A stretch of 63,815 nucleotides of DNA, the filler included, from Ionaspis alba (Eukaryota), in assembly GCA_964255285.1 (NCBI GenBank). It is 17 parts of 17 records of this genome, joined end to end, with 100 filler letters (N's around TTAATTAATTAA, not from the genome) between each part and the next. Parts side by side here need not be neighbours in the genome. Positions count along the whole stretch, not along the records: positions 49,240 to 52,822 come from CAXUUL010001185.1; positions 52,923 to 56,500 come from CAXUUL010001186.1; positions 56,601 to 60,159 come from CAXUUL010001188.1; positions 60,260 to 63,815 come from CAXUUL010001189.1; 13 more parts are not named here. One strand, given 5' to 3'. The notes under the pieces are model-generated. The model was not told the origin of the DNA and searched no databases. It was given only the letters and a program-made list of their open reading frames with translations. Positions 49,353 through 61,466 of this stretch are shown piece by piece. Within the stretch, counting starts at the first letter, position 1. Each line of letters begins with the position of its first letter. A program made the position numbers and the translations under genes.

Positions 49353-50464
49353 TCATTTCGTGCTTGGAGGAGCCTGGCAAATAGGCACCACGTTGAATTG
49401 CCCCTCCTTACAGACACCATCCAAAGTCGCCCCAATATATAGATTGGCAACTTCGCAAATCTGTAGCACCGTGTTCCCATCATCGTTGCAACCCAAAAAC
49501 CCTGCGTCGACCGAGTACGCAGCCTTGGCGAATTGATTGACCGTGATGGAGTTCTGGGTATCAAAATAGAGCGGCTCAAATTTGATACCGGCATCGATAT
49601 TCGCGATCTCGTTGTTCTGAAGCAGGTTGCCTGCGGCGTTGAGCGAGAAGACCGTGGCTTGCGTGGGGTCTGTAGTAACGAATCTGAGGTAAGAGTTTTC
49701 TTGACCAGGACCTGTGATTACGGCATATTGACCGTCGGAGCCAGTGCCGGAGTTAGAGGCTTGGATGACGAAGGTGGGAAGGGGATTCGCGCATTGAGTG
49801 ACGGTGGAGGCTGTTACTGTCTCGAAGGTGGTGGTGGTAGTGACAGGCGTAGCGACGGTCTTCGTGGTTGCGGTAACGCCAATGCAGGAGCAGGCGCTAG
49901 AGTATCGGACTGCTCCTGAGCAAGCGGAGGCCTAGCTAGGGACCGCGGAGGGTTGGATGGTTTCTTGGCGGACAGCGAGAGCGGGCGCCGCCGCGCTGTC
50001 CCGGCTAAAACCGAGAGTGGGAAGAGGTGCCTCTGTGGGTTCCCTGAGGACGGGTGTGCTATCTCAAATTATCCCGAGCGTTGGCGTGGGAGCTTCGGCG
50101 CGTTTTTTGAGAGCAGGGTTTGCTGCGAATGTGGCGGTGGCTACGTTAGTGATTGTGGATGTTGCCATGACGGTACTAGAGGAGAATTGTTAGTAGCCGA
50201 TCTGGGTTTCCAAACGCGGTCGGCTTACCTTGTGGCTGGTGTGATTTTTTTTTAGCATGAAGGACGAACAGTGGACTGTACCTTGCCTAGTGGGAAAGGC
50301 ACTGGCTGGTAGATGGTTAGACAGAATGAACCCGATGAGTCGTTCTGAATAGATATACCAACTACAGCCCTGAGGCAATCATCTGTATTGCAGGTCTTGA
50401 TCGTTGTGGTAGAAGCCGCAGCAAGCTGTGCTGCATAGAGAATGGCAGCAATAGAAAGATGCAT
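49353..50464 (-). pseudogene. Decayed secreted Cys-rich/Thr-rich cell-surface protein (CNxDxCLRAV...CSSF / PxYASACSGxxRYSSACSC family)
   Basis: Signal peptide then CNTDDCLRAV|ASAFPTRQGTVHCSSFM. Lesions: a +1 frameshift in the A9 run at 50245-50253, TGA at 50064-50066, and TAG at 49932-49934 in PS*ASACSGAVRYSSACSCIGVT. The frame then stays open to TGA at 49353. Confidence 0.75.
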
Positions 50465-51404
50465 GTTGAGAAGATGTGGGAGAAAATGATGCGAGCAAGA
50501 AGTACAGTGATATGAGAGGCTGTGCTTGTTTGAAGCGGAGGAGATGATGATATTAAGATGGGTGGCAACCTGAAAACGAAGGCCTCAACCTATAGAGAAA
50601 TCCATCTGCTCAGCTACTTACGGAGTCTCCGTACGTCGAAGCCGCTCAGGTAGCCACCAGCGTCCAGCTATTGAAGCTCTCAATAGTTCAGAGCCAATTG
50701 TGAATTAAATGGTCTCTCCCCTACTCGTCAACGTCGAGTCAATGACTCTCAACTGTTGGATGTTCCTGGCCGTGCGTCTCTGACCAACAAAGCTCAGTAC
50801 TACCAGAATCCATGCGATTGGATCGAAGCAAGAACCAACCGGAGACGTTGAAGGGATGAAATAAGTCTAGATCTGGGAGACAGACAAAGCACCAGATTCC
50901 GGAATATCTTGAGCGCAGTAGCCCCTGAGAGTAGTGCCAGTCCCATTACACTTTTCAGCGTGGAGTACCTGAAGCTATTTGGGCCGGCCTTGGCTTTGTC
51001 GGAGAGCAAAGCAAACATCACCCGCATTGAGCCAATGACTGATGGTAAATAACGCCATTTTGTTCCAAGCGGTGGAGGTTCATGGTAGATTGGAGACTTG
51101 GAACAAACGCTTTCAACCTTGAAATCAATAAATAAATAGTCTGGAACCGGCAGGATTGTCTTGGACAAGAACGGTAATATGTTCACTATAGAGCATTCGC
51201 AAAAGGGGTATAGTTTCGCGATACTCTCCAGCTTGTCCGCAAAATACCCATGGCTACTGAGTTTTGTGGAGAGGTGGACAAGGGAAATCTCGGACCGAGT
51301 CAATCATGCGCTTTGCAGAAGCACGTAAGAATCACAGCCCGCAGTCCTCGAGAGTAAAGCCTAGGGCTGGCACAAGGATAGGAGACACAGCTTAGCCACA
51401 GACC

Positions 51405-52564
51405 ATGTCTTCTGCTCTTTCCTCGGTGGCCCAGACTGGCTTTGCCAATGCCGCTTCCTACGACACTCACCGTCCGTCGTATCCTCCAGAAGTTGTCACG
51501 AAGCTGCTCCAGCGGTTGGAACTCGATAATGCCTTGAATGCACGTGTTGTCGATCTGGGAGCTGGGACGGGAAAGTTCACAGAACTTCTGGCCCAGAGAG
51601 AGGAGGACTATGACATTATTGCTGTAGAGCCCCATGAGGAAATGAGAGAGATATTGAAAGAAAAGAAATTGAAGCGGGTCTCCGTACTAGATGGTAGTGC
51701 TACGAAAGTGCAGGGCATCGAGAGTCAATCTGCCGATGCGGTGGTGGCTGCACAGGTGAGTATGAATATCATTTGACGAAAACAAGGCACTGTTGTGGTT
51801 TCACAAGATAGGGCTGACTGGTGGTTGGCCTATCATTCTACAGGCATTTCATTGGTATGAATACTCTTCCAGGCCTGTCTGCTGCCCGAGAATGCTCATC
51901 AATCTTAGGTTCGCAAACTATGAGGCTTTGCAGGAGATTCATAGAATTCTTAAACCTGGTGCAGCACTAGCTCTGATATGGAATATCGAGGATTGTACGT
52001 AGACCGCAAGCCTTCATTCTCGACAACGTCTTGTAGAAGACTGCGAACCGCATTGCTGACAGCCTGTGGTGGGTCCCAGACAATGCGCCTCTGGTTTGGA
52101 AGCCCGCCACCAAGTGGGAAGGGCAGATTAAAGATATCACATGGACCTTCGATGACAATAATCCTCGCTTTCGCCACGAAAAATGGCGGCACGTGTTTGA
52201 TGAAGAATTGAGGAGTACGCCCGTGACAATTCAGAAGGCCGACCCTCTGTTCTCTCTGCCTCTGGGCGAGGAACTCTTCAAGTGGACTGTTTGGCTGAGC
52301 AAGGATGCGGTTTGGGAGCGGTATCTCACACTGAGTCATATTGCTGTGCTCAAAGGCCAGCAATTGGAGGTAAGTCGCAGATGACCAGAGAGGGAGAAGC
52401 GACACAGCTGACCTGGAATGCAGAACATAAAGAAGAAAGTGTATGATGCAATGGATGGAGACGATGTTGAGAAGAACGAGAAGGGTGATGTAGCATTGCA
52501 TGGACAAACGGCCTTATATTGGACTTCTGCAATCCCTGGAGCGCCTCTTAGAGAGGGAGGATAG
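51405..52564 (+). CDS. Class I SAM-dependent methyltransferase (Methyltransf_11-like), 5 exons
   Basis: GFANAASYDTHRPSYP, VVDLGAGTGKFT, AVEP, VVAAQ|AFHW|FANYEALQEIHRILKPG and LIWNIED. An 11-nt microexon lies at 51844-51854. Confidence 0.9.
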
Positions 52565-52717
52565 AATTGTTTGCAAACTGTGGTGATCCAGACCTATATT
52601 GCAGTCTTGCAGATATCAGAAACGCTTCCATTCTGTTGCCCAACCGGTCTTCGCCCAACGCCCCCGCTATGCCTATGGTCCAGTCTCGATCCTCTCGCCC
52701 ATCAACACTTTGTCTTG

Positions 52718-52822
52718 CTATGAGTCCGAGGAGATGTACATCACTAGCGATGGCGTGAGCATAAAAGTTCACATGTGTTCCTTGGGACGTACCGTTGTTG
52801 CCTCTCACGAACGCATCACCGT
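52718..52822 (-). CDS. LSM6: U6 snRNA-associated Sm-like protein LSm6, 3' end only
   Basis: Spliced translation (Y)GDAFVRGNN|VMYISSDS* across a GTACGT...CTAG intron matches the Sm2 motif of LSm6. Not present in the ORF track. Confidence 0.75.
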
Positions 52823-52922
52823 NNNNNNNNNNNNNNNNNNNNNNNNNNNNNNNNNNNNNNNNNNNNTTAATTAATTAANNNNNNNNNNNNNNNNNNNNNN
52901 NNNNNNNNNNNNNNNNNNNNNN

Positions 52923-55608
52923 TCCGTGACCAAGCCACCTCGGATGATGAAAAAGAGAAGACAGAGGACATTCATGATGAAGACGATGATGAGCACGATG
53001 TAGAAGATGTTTTGCCAAGCCTGATTACCGCCAGATGCGTAGTCCTGGTAGGCGAAAGTGGCCGGGAAAGCTTGGTATTGCGGCTTCTTCAGGGTAGCGA
53101 CCGTTGTAGAGTAGTTCCATTCGTGAATAAAAGGCGCGTCCAGGCTGCTGGCGAGAAGCGTGCAGCCAGCGAGTACAGCGAGTGCTTCTGCGATGGATGG
53201 TAGTGAAGGATCGAGAGCTTTCGTCGTCGGAATCAGCTGTGTCAAGGTAAGCGCATTTCCTGCTTGACCGTCTGTGATACCGGAATTGAGTCTGATAGCA
53301 TGGACCAATTCTGTGGCAATGCTGACCCAATCTATGCTTCTTAGCCCATTCGTCGCATTGACCACTCTATTGCCATATGCGAGGGAATTACCCGGACTCT
53401 CACATCGAGATGACATGGTGCCCCCGCTCATACTGGCATGATAGTGCGTGGAACAATTCGGAGTCAACGACGCTGACATCGAGCAGAGCATATAGTCCTC
53501 GGTAGGTGAGGTTGCTAATATGTAAAGAGCGTCTGCGTGAGAAGCAGTATCATTTAGCACAGTGTTGAAAGCCGATGGAAACCTCGAGAACACGGGCGGT
53601 CGACGGCCATATTTCTCGCCGAAACCGAAAAGATCATCGATCGCTGTCTGATTTAGCCAACTGGGAACTGCTGGTATACCGTGTCCAGCCGGCCAAGTAG
53701 TTGTGTTGAGAGGGTAATGGGTTGCATTTGGCCATTGTGTGTATACCAGTGGAGCTAGGTCTTCTTCCGTAACGCCTGCACACAGCACATTGACCACAGG
53801 CGACGGTACAGAAGCTCCAATATGGTACTCCCCATAGCCGCTGAGATCTTGTGGCTGTAGTATATTATTGATTGGATCGCGAGCCGCAGAGAAAACTCCA
53901 GAATGAGGATAAGCAGCGCTGACGTTGAGGACCACACGGTCGTACTGCTCTGATAGGATGGTCATATTCTGAATACCAACCCAGCTGCCTTGCACTGTAG
54001 TATTATCATAAAGCATAGCAACCGGACTTGGCCGATGCCGAAGATCCGCTGAGCCGTTTCCGGTATTGATGTTCTCCGACCACGTTCCAAGATACTGCAT
54101 GTAGTTATGGTACCTGGTAATACCGATCAGCAGATGGGCAGTAAAGCCTAAGACGAGAAACATACGACTGCACGGCAAATTCGATCTGTATGCAGGTACT
54201 TGCCGCATATACTGGATCAATTCCTATTTGGATTGGCGTCGGACAGTGATCGGCGACGTAAAATGGATTTGCAAAAGAGGTAGCAACACGACCGAAGAGA
54301 AGTTGATCTTCGTTTCTACCCAGCTTGAGCTTAGGAGAAACTGTATTTGTTAGCACCACCGGTTCTTTGCTCAATGATGGAGATCGATTTTGGTCCAAGA
54401 TGGGCCACACAGAGGAAAGAACGCAGAAATACATATCCAAAACAAGGGAATTGGTGTGTTCGATACAGTCGTGTTGAAATGATTTACATACCTAATGCGT
54501 CACTTGCAGTCGTGTAGAGAATGGCCATGACAGTTGCAACCAAGGTTATTACACCAAGCGGGGTACTGCCTGCAAATCGCACGCTCTCCCAGTGGGTGAT
54601 CATAGTTCCTGGTTGCATGACCCAGTTCCTCATTGACAGATCAGCGATCGTAATGCCTTTCGACCTCAAAATCATGGCTCGACGGCTCAACACCTGACCC
54701 AGGAAGGCGACGAAGACAGTAACATACGACAATTCAATCGATTTGGCTAGCGCTGTTGAGAGTACAGATGCCGTTCCTGGCGACATAGCTCCCGGAAAGT
54801 TGCTAATGCGTGAATTATAGCGTGGCTTGACACAGGCTACAACAAGCCATAGTGCCGAGAGAGCGGTCGAGTAGATCGCGAGTATCAATATGGAGATTGA
54901 CAGCCAGTGTTTGCGGCCTTGATGGATGTTCTTGTTAGATTTGCATAGGGTGTATCCATTCCGACCTGCGAAGACAGCCATCAGTTCACCACGTGCTCGT
55001 AATGTATCTTCTGCATATCGAAGGCATATCAACGCTATAGCATGGAATAAATGCCGCTAAGCGTAGGACATTGATAAGTCATTAGATAAGAGGTACTCAC
55101 TTCGGTGCTCAAATCCCTTTGCAGGCGATCCCGGAGTTTTCGGGGCGAGTCGTTCCGTGTCCGGTATAGAGTGGTATGCATGGTGAAGCGACGAGACACT
55201 AGGCTTGGTGCCGTGGTGGATGTAGTCTTTTTGGAATTCTTCATCTTGATCTTCATCCTGACGAGGCGTTGATGGAGAAATCAGCAAGTCAGAGGCACTT
55301 GCCATTCTGTCACGAGGTTTACTTCCAACCGGTACTCTTGGAAGTGATTGACGGGAGCGTGGCAAGTTCCCAATTGCCAGTCCCTGCCGGGCATGGAGGT
55401 TCTCCACAGAATCTTCTTCGTTGGGCGGCGAAACGTCCAGTTCATCTTCGACGGTTCCGTTAGAGGGATGGCGTTGGTAGCCAGGTCGATGAAGTAAGAC
55501 AGCGGGTGCGGTCAAATCAGTAGGAGTAGGAGAATCGAAGGAAATAACTGGAATTTGAAAAGGATCATCATCATTTGAATTATTTCTGGAGTGGGTTGGA
55601 TTATTCAT
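52923..55608 (-). CDS. Conserved uncharacterised fungal multipass membrane glycoprotein, multi-exon, 3'-truncated
   Basis: Disordered N-terminus; TM block HWLSISILILAIYST...AKSIELSYVTVFVAFLGQVLSRRA...WVMQPG; a luminal domain with many N-glycosylation sites; C-terminal TM segment (IFYIVLIIVFIMNVLCLLFF). GT-AG introns separate the ORF pieces. Confidence 0.78.
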
Positions 55609-56279
55609 GCTTGAATAATGGAAATGCGAAAACTTGAAGTCGCAACTAAAGCGAATGCTCGGGTCGAGAAACGTTTGGAAAATAGAGTATTAACCGCCCA
55701 AATAGAGATATCCTGAAGAAGAAATCAGCTAGGATTGGTCTCGATGACCAATGCCTTAAAACAAAGGCGAGTCATACAGTGAAGAGGAGAGTGAGAGACC
55801 TCGAAAAGGAAGATTTTGGATATTGCCGCAGTGCAGTAGGCGGAGGACCGCATCGCTGCCACAGTGTCGTGTGGATGGACTTAGAAATTGCTAACTAATA
55901 ATGAGGGCAGATCTTACCAGTCGAGGACCGACGGGAGGCTTTGGCTGGCCATTAGGGGCTTCGGGCTTAGAGCTGGTGAGATTGGGGGCTTGCTGCGCCG
56001 GCAAGCTGCATGAACAGCGGGCTGTTTCGGACGAGTGAGACGGCGCGTAGAATATTAGGGGCCGGCGCGGAAGCAGCTATCCAACTTCTTTTATGCCATC
56101 TACTGCAGCTTTATCTGCACCCCTCCACCTCCGTAAGACCTCATTATTGCGGCGGGAAAGCTTGGAAATGTTTAGGTCGGCCAAGTCCTGCTAGTCTTGG
56201 ATAACGTTCTGTGCGCCCACGATCTTGCAGGCCCTTCTCAGCCTTGCCCAATCGAAACTGCCTACGGAGCAGTACACCA

Positions 56280-56500
56280 TAAGTAATAAGACTACGCTAA
56301 AATAATAAGCTCTTTTTAGCTTTAATACAAATTGTTAAACTAATATCCTTTTTAGGGTTAGTTTCTCCGCCAAGACACGTTAGTAAATTTTTAAAAATTT
56401 TTAAAAAATTTAGTGGCTATTTATAGAATTCTGATTTTTAATTAAGATTATAAATCCACCTATTATAAATTATAATTTAGAGGTGGAATCAGGTGGAATC
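56280..56500. repeat. AT-rich, palindromic repeat remnant at the contig end
   Basis: Abrupt AT/TpA enrichment, a palindromic aaatttttaaaaattt tract, inverted ccacct...aggtgg, and a terminal aggtggaatc duplicated. Confidence 0.45.
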
Positions 56501-56620
56501 NNNNNNNNNNNNNNNNNNNNNNNNNNNNNNNNNNNNNNNNNNNNTTAATTAATTAANNNNNNNNNNNNNNNNNNNNNNNNNNNNNNNNNNNNNNNNNNNN
56601 AATCTTTGTTCTCTAGCTAT

Positions 56621-57277
56621 CTATGCTGTAGCACCGCTCAAGATATCTGAATCACCAGCGTCCAACACAGCCATTGTTGAACATCTGTACAATTTTCCAC
56701 AAGCAGTTCCCAACTCAATCTGCAGTACAAAGTCAGCAATTTGTATTACCCTCCAAAACCATGTGAGTGGCTTCTTCGTTGGGTTTCCCTGAATCGGGAA
56801 TGTAGAGCATTGTGATCTCGGTAGGGCAGACCTATCGGGCAGAGCCTTCGACTAAGGCCATCGCAAGTAGGAAAATGGCAATGATGCAGAGAAGATCGTG
56901 CGGGATTGGCTTACGTTGTTGCCTGCGAAGTGGTGGACGTTCGTCTTGGAAAGCATGGAGTAGTCTGTATAGGCCATTAATATCTTGCCTAGTTCATGGT
57001 TCTTGGATAAAAATCGTACATTCGAGCTCACTCTTACGGAGAGGAGGGGTGTTGCCGGCGATGATGACAAGTTTGGCCTTGCCAGAGCGAAGGGACTTGA
57101 GAGTAGACTTGTACCCGAGGGTGACTATGATCAGGCTCAATGTCAGAACTCGAACACATTGAATAACAGATTCCTGAGCTGGCAGTAGCAAGACGCACCT
57201 TTCCCAGACTTCATCACCAATGCCAAGCGCGAGTTGATGCTGTCGGCAGCCTTCTTGGTCTTCTTAGTGGGTGCCAT
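56621..57277 (-). CDS. RPL30: 60S ribosomal protein eL30, 4 exons
   Basis: [110 protein letters not shown]. Confidence 0.97.
56739..56872 (-). ncRNA. Candidate intronic box H/ACA snoRNA
   Basis: Lies in the 195-nt RPL30 intron 3. Order on the minus strand: hairpin, ANANNA box AGATCA (56813-56818), second stem (tgctct/agggta), then ACA (56742-56744) shortly before the branch point. Confidence 0.4.
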
Positions 57278-58003
57278 CGTTGCGATCGAGAAAGACCTGT
57301 TTCGAAGTTCTTTCTTGTGGTTGAGAACGCTCCGGACTTTTCGTTATGATTAGTCTTCGTATTGGTGGAACATCCCAATTTGTGTGTATGAAGATTCAAC
57401 CTTGGCACGCTAGTCCACGAAAGCATTGAGGCTGACGCAAGGATCGTCCCCAAGGACAACCCTCGCAGGTGAGGCTGAGGCGCAAGTCAAACACAACCAA
57501 AAAGTTGGCCGTTGTGTAAAGGACAGAGTGAGACTATTACTGTGATGCGATGTGAATCTCATAGTCACTCAAGCCGTTTCCTGCACTCTCATCGCTACTC
57601 TGTGACTTGATTCAACAGATTTTCACAGATATCCCTCCAATAAGTCCACATTATAACCACAGCTTTGCGTTCAACGAATTCAGTTGTGGCTGAAATCCAT
57701 CACTCCGGTTCTGCATAAACAAGGGTCGTGATTCTGCATATTGTTGGCATTCACAAGCGTTTTCCAACTCGGTCGTCCTTACTCTCTACGTGGACTTCTC
57801 TTCCGATAAGGCGACCCAATTCAGACGAACATATATTAGGTGCATGCTTTGGTGGGACTCATATGCATGCTACTGCTTGGGAGATGACACCCTCCTCAAC
57901 GGCCGCAGTCTTAACATAGATTAGCTTTCCCAGATTGCAACGCTACTCGAGGCATCACAGTAAGGCTACGTATTTACACAACCTCACTCAAGCTTACCAC
58001 AAG

Positions 58004-60159
58004 ATGTCCTCTACTCCGAAGAAACCGCTGCAGTCAAATACCATGTCGTCCGGCGCAACCGGTCGCAGACCGTCGGCAAATCCACCACGATCCTCTTCCC
58101 CAGCTCCTCGAGGTCCATCACCTTCGAAAGTCTTGAGCACGAATGGCATAGCGAGGGACTCGTCATCCAGGACTCCTACAGGCGTGACCCGACCAGGACG
58201 AGCGTCTGTGAGACGCCCGGGCCAGTCCACGGGCAGTATAAGCAGCTCTAATCTCAACATTGCCGACGATGGCGGTGGCAATGAGGATGCAAGAATCGAG
58301 AATGCGGCATTGATTGACAATCTGAAGAAGAGCTTGCGAAACGCTGAGATGATGTCCGAAGACTATCAACGCGAGCTGCTGGTTATGCAAAGGAAATTGG
58401 ACGAGGTGACAAAAGAGCAGGGAAAACTTGAGGAACGATTACACGACAGCAGTGGAAGAATCGAGAAGCTTGAAACACAGAAAAAGGAAGCGTCACGGCA
58501 AGTTCGTGAGATGGGAAATCTCTACGAGTCGGAACGGATGTCCATGTTGCGGGACAGAGAAGAACAAAGCGCTCGTGAAACTGAGCTTAAGACCACTATA
58601 CAACGGCTGAAGGAGACTATAGCTGGTCGTGAGATGCGAGTCAATGCAGATGCAGAAAGGAGAATGTCAAGATCAGGTACGGCGACCCAACCTAAGACGC
58701 TTATGTTTCCATGCTCATCTTCAGCAGGGAGGACACATAGCAGATCCTCTTCGATCGATGCAAATGGCCGTTTCGCACCACCATCTTCAATACAGCGCCG
58801 CGGTTCTTCTTTACAACGCGAGGAATCGCAAAGCAATTCGAGAGTCATTGTTCAAAAGGACATGATGATCGAGTCGTTGCGGCTTGAGCTTGCCGAGGCT
58901 CAGATAAAACTTGTTGAGATGGAGAACATGGGAGGCGATCGAATGCAGGAGCTCGAGAAGACACTACTAGAAACCCGGATGACCAACGCCAGGCTCATGG
59001 AGGATAACGAAAGCTTCCAACTTCTGCTTGGGGAGAAAACTTTGAACGGCGAATTCAGTAAGGCCGATCTCATGCAAGGCCCTCCCTCGACCAACGAATC
59101 GTCTGGCCTTGGATCATTGGCGGAAGAGCTCGAGTCTGCAGACGGCGAGAGTGAAAACTATCGTCGTTTGGAAGCAGAAAGCAAGTCCTTGAAGGATCAG
59201 AACAAAGCCCTAACATTGTACATCGAGAAGATCATCAGCCGTGTCCTGATGCACGACAACTTCGAAACAATCCTTGACCAGAAACCAGATCCCTCGATCG
59301 CACCAAAGGCGCAAGCTGCAAACACACAGAAAGATCTCCCGCCTCCACCACCAAGCAAAGACGATGCACCACAACCTTCCGTCCTGCAAAGAGCAATGTC
59401 AGTAGTCGGAGGACCACGCAAGCCAAGACCACAGAGCGTGATGATGAAGTCGTCCACACCCATCGCTAGTGAAGAAACTACAACAAAACCGCGACCTCAA
59501 AGCCAGATCTTCGCAGCCGCTCCCTCTCACCAGCCTTCAGCCAACGAAGACCCCTTCACAGCACCCAGGGTCCCACTCGGTCGCACTCATTCCGTATCCC
59601 GCGGAGCAGGTCACAGACGCTCCCAATCCGAGAAATCCGACATTGGCAACGCCGCATCTGTCGTCAACCAGATGTATCGTGGTCCTTCTTCTAGCGCAGG
59701 AGCACCTCCAACACCGCTAAGCCCAGGAGGCACAACGACACGGACCTCATATTTCGCGCTACCAGTCATGGCCGGCAGCACTCACACCAGCGCAGCGCCC
59801 ACACCCTCAAGCAATACCACACCCAACGTCACACCTTCCAACCAGCGGATTCCCTCCAGCTCCCGAGTCCCATCTTCCAGTCACGGCCCAAGCGACCGAA
59901 TCGGCAGCAGTTCCAACAGCACGTTCAGCAGATCGAGCGGCGAAGTTCCGAGTCCGCCGCGCAATAATGCGGGGAATACTACGTATACGGGCGCCGTGAT
60001 GACGCAGAGCAAATTACGGCCACTGAGATTGGTGCAGGAGAATAAGGAGCTGGAGAATGTGAGTTCTTCGAGAAGGGCCAATGTTGTGTCGGAGGAGGAG
60101 GCGGCGAAGAAGAAGGCGAATAGAGGTAGTTGGATGGGGTGGTTCAATCGTGGGAAGGA
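58004..60159 (+). CDS. Conserved fungal coiled-coil protein ('M-protein-like'), 3'-truncated
   Basis: Long ORF with heptad-rich segments (SLRLELAEAQIKLVEMENMGG, ARLMEDNESFQLLL, KALTLYIEKIISR) and a low-complexity S/P tail. A possible in-frame intron lies at about 58677-58726. Confidence 0.8.
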
Positions 60160-61466
60160 NNNNNNNNNNNNNNNNNNNNNNNNNNNNNNNNNNNNNNNNN
60201 NNNTTAATTAATTAANNNNNNNNNNNNNNNNNNNNNNNNNNNNNNNNNNNNNNNNNNNNTGAAGATTCTGCTTATTCTTGCAAAGCTTGACTCTCACAGC
60301 CACAACTTGGCCGATACCATCTCAGCTGAATTGATCACACACAACCAGCGATAGTACGCAAATAAATGCCAAGTCCGGATTACTCGACGACCGGTTCACC
60401 GCGACCCCAGCCCGGTTCCCTTGGCGAATGCATGGCGAAACCAATCCGAAACATCTAGAACGCCTTGGATTAATCGTCCGAACGATGTCTGCCATAAACG
60501 GCAGATACAGTAAAACACCGTATAAGCATCGCATCGAAGTCTTGATCAGTGAACACAATCCATCAGTCTAATGCTGGATTCTCTAAGCTGGGAGTAGGAA
60601 CGAGCGAGCATCACTGTATTCGATAGAGCAGCTTATGCGAACTCCTCGGCAGACAAAAATAGACCACCCGCACCAATCCAATCACGCCCATCTTCGAAAT
60701 AGCGTCCCCCTTCGTATTTTAGCCCACTCGGCAGCTGACTGGCTAATAACGCCCCTCGATAAAAGGCGAAACCGCTTCCCATTCGGCTAGCACTCCTTTT
60801 TGGGCTAGGGATGACTCGGAAAGAACGCCCCCTGTGGCTCTCCTGGTTCATTATCTTCTGCTCTTCAGCGCCTGCACGGGCTCTTCTGCACGTTGCTGGC
60901 TAAGCAGATACTGCCGCATTGCTTTTCTTCCTTTTCTTCTTCGTACGAGTACGAGTAGCATACCGACATTCTTTGCTAGTCTACCTCGTGCTACTACATC
61001 TTTTGTCGTTCGTTTGGTTTTGCTCAGCTCCACACAATCATTTTTGCCAAGTTAGGTTTTACGGTTTAAATATCAGCCCTTTCTTGGAGAGAGGCTTACA
61101 CAGCCCTTTTCGGTTTACACTTGGTATATACTACCGGTTTCTGTCGACGTTCGGATCAGGCTGAGCCTGAGGACTTTTACGCCTGATATCTACTTTCTTG
61201 GTGGTGGAGTTTGTCCTATAAGCTGGTAGCTTCATTCTCTTCGACTCTTCGAATCTCGACGTTGCTTAACCTATCCTTCTTTCCTCGGTCTCCATCAACC
61301 ACCTCTAATAGGCCTCAAATAATCGTGTACAACGAACGAGAAGACGCATTTGACAAGACTGACACCTACATCGGACAACACCGATCACTGGGACTCGAGT
61401 ACAATTAACGTCTCCTCCTGGGCCCCAACCCAGTCTCCCCTCGTACACATCCACCAAACCGCCGAA

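Noticed and set aside
52923..55608. MCM2/3/5 helicase label that I recall being attached to similar fungal proteins
   Set aside because: No Walker A/B or MCM box is visible; the protein is a multipass membrane glycoprotein.
3790..60215. Regularly spaced TTAATTAATTAA motif as a CRISPR-like or biological repeat
   Set aside because: It is always embedded in 44 N on each side. It is a synthetic linker with stops in all six frames.
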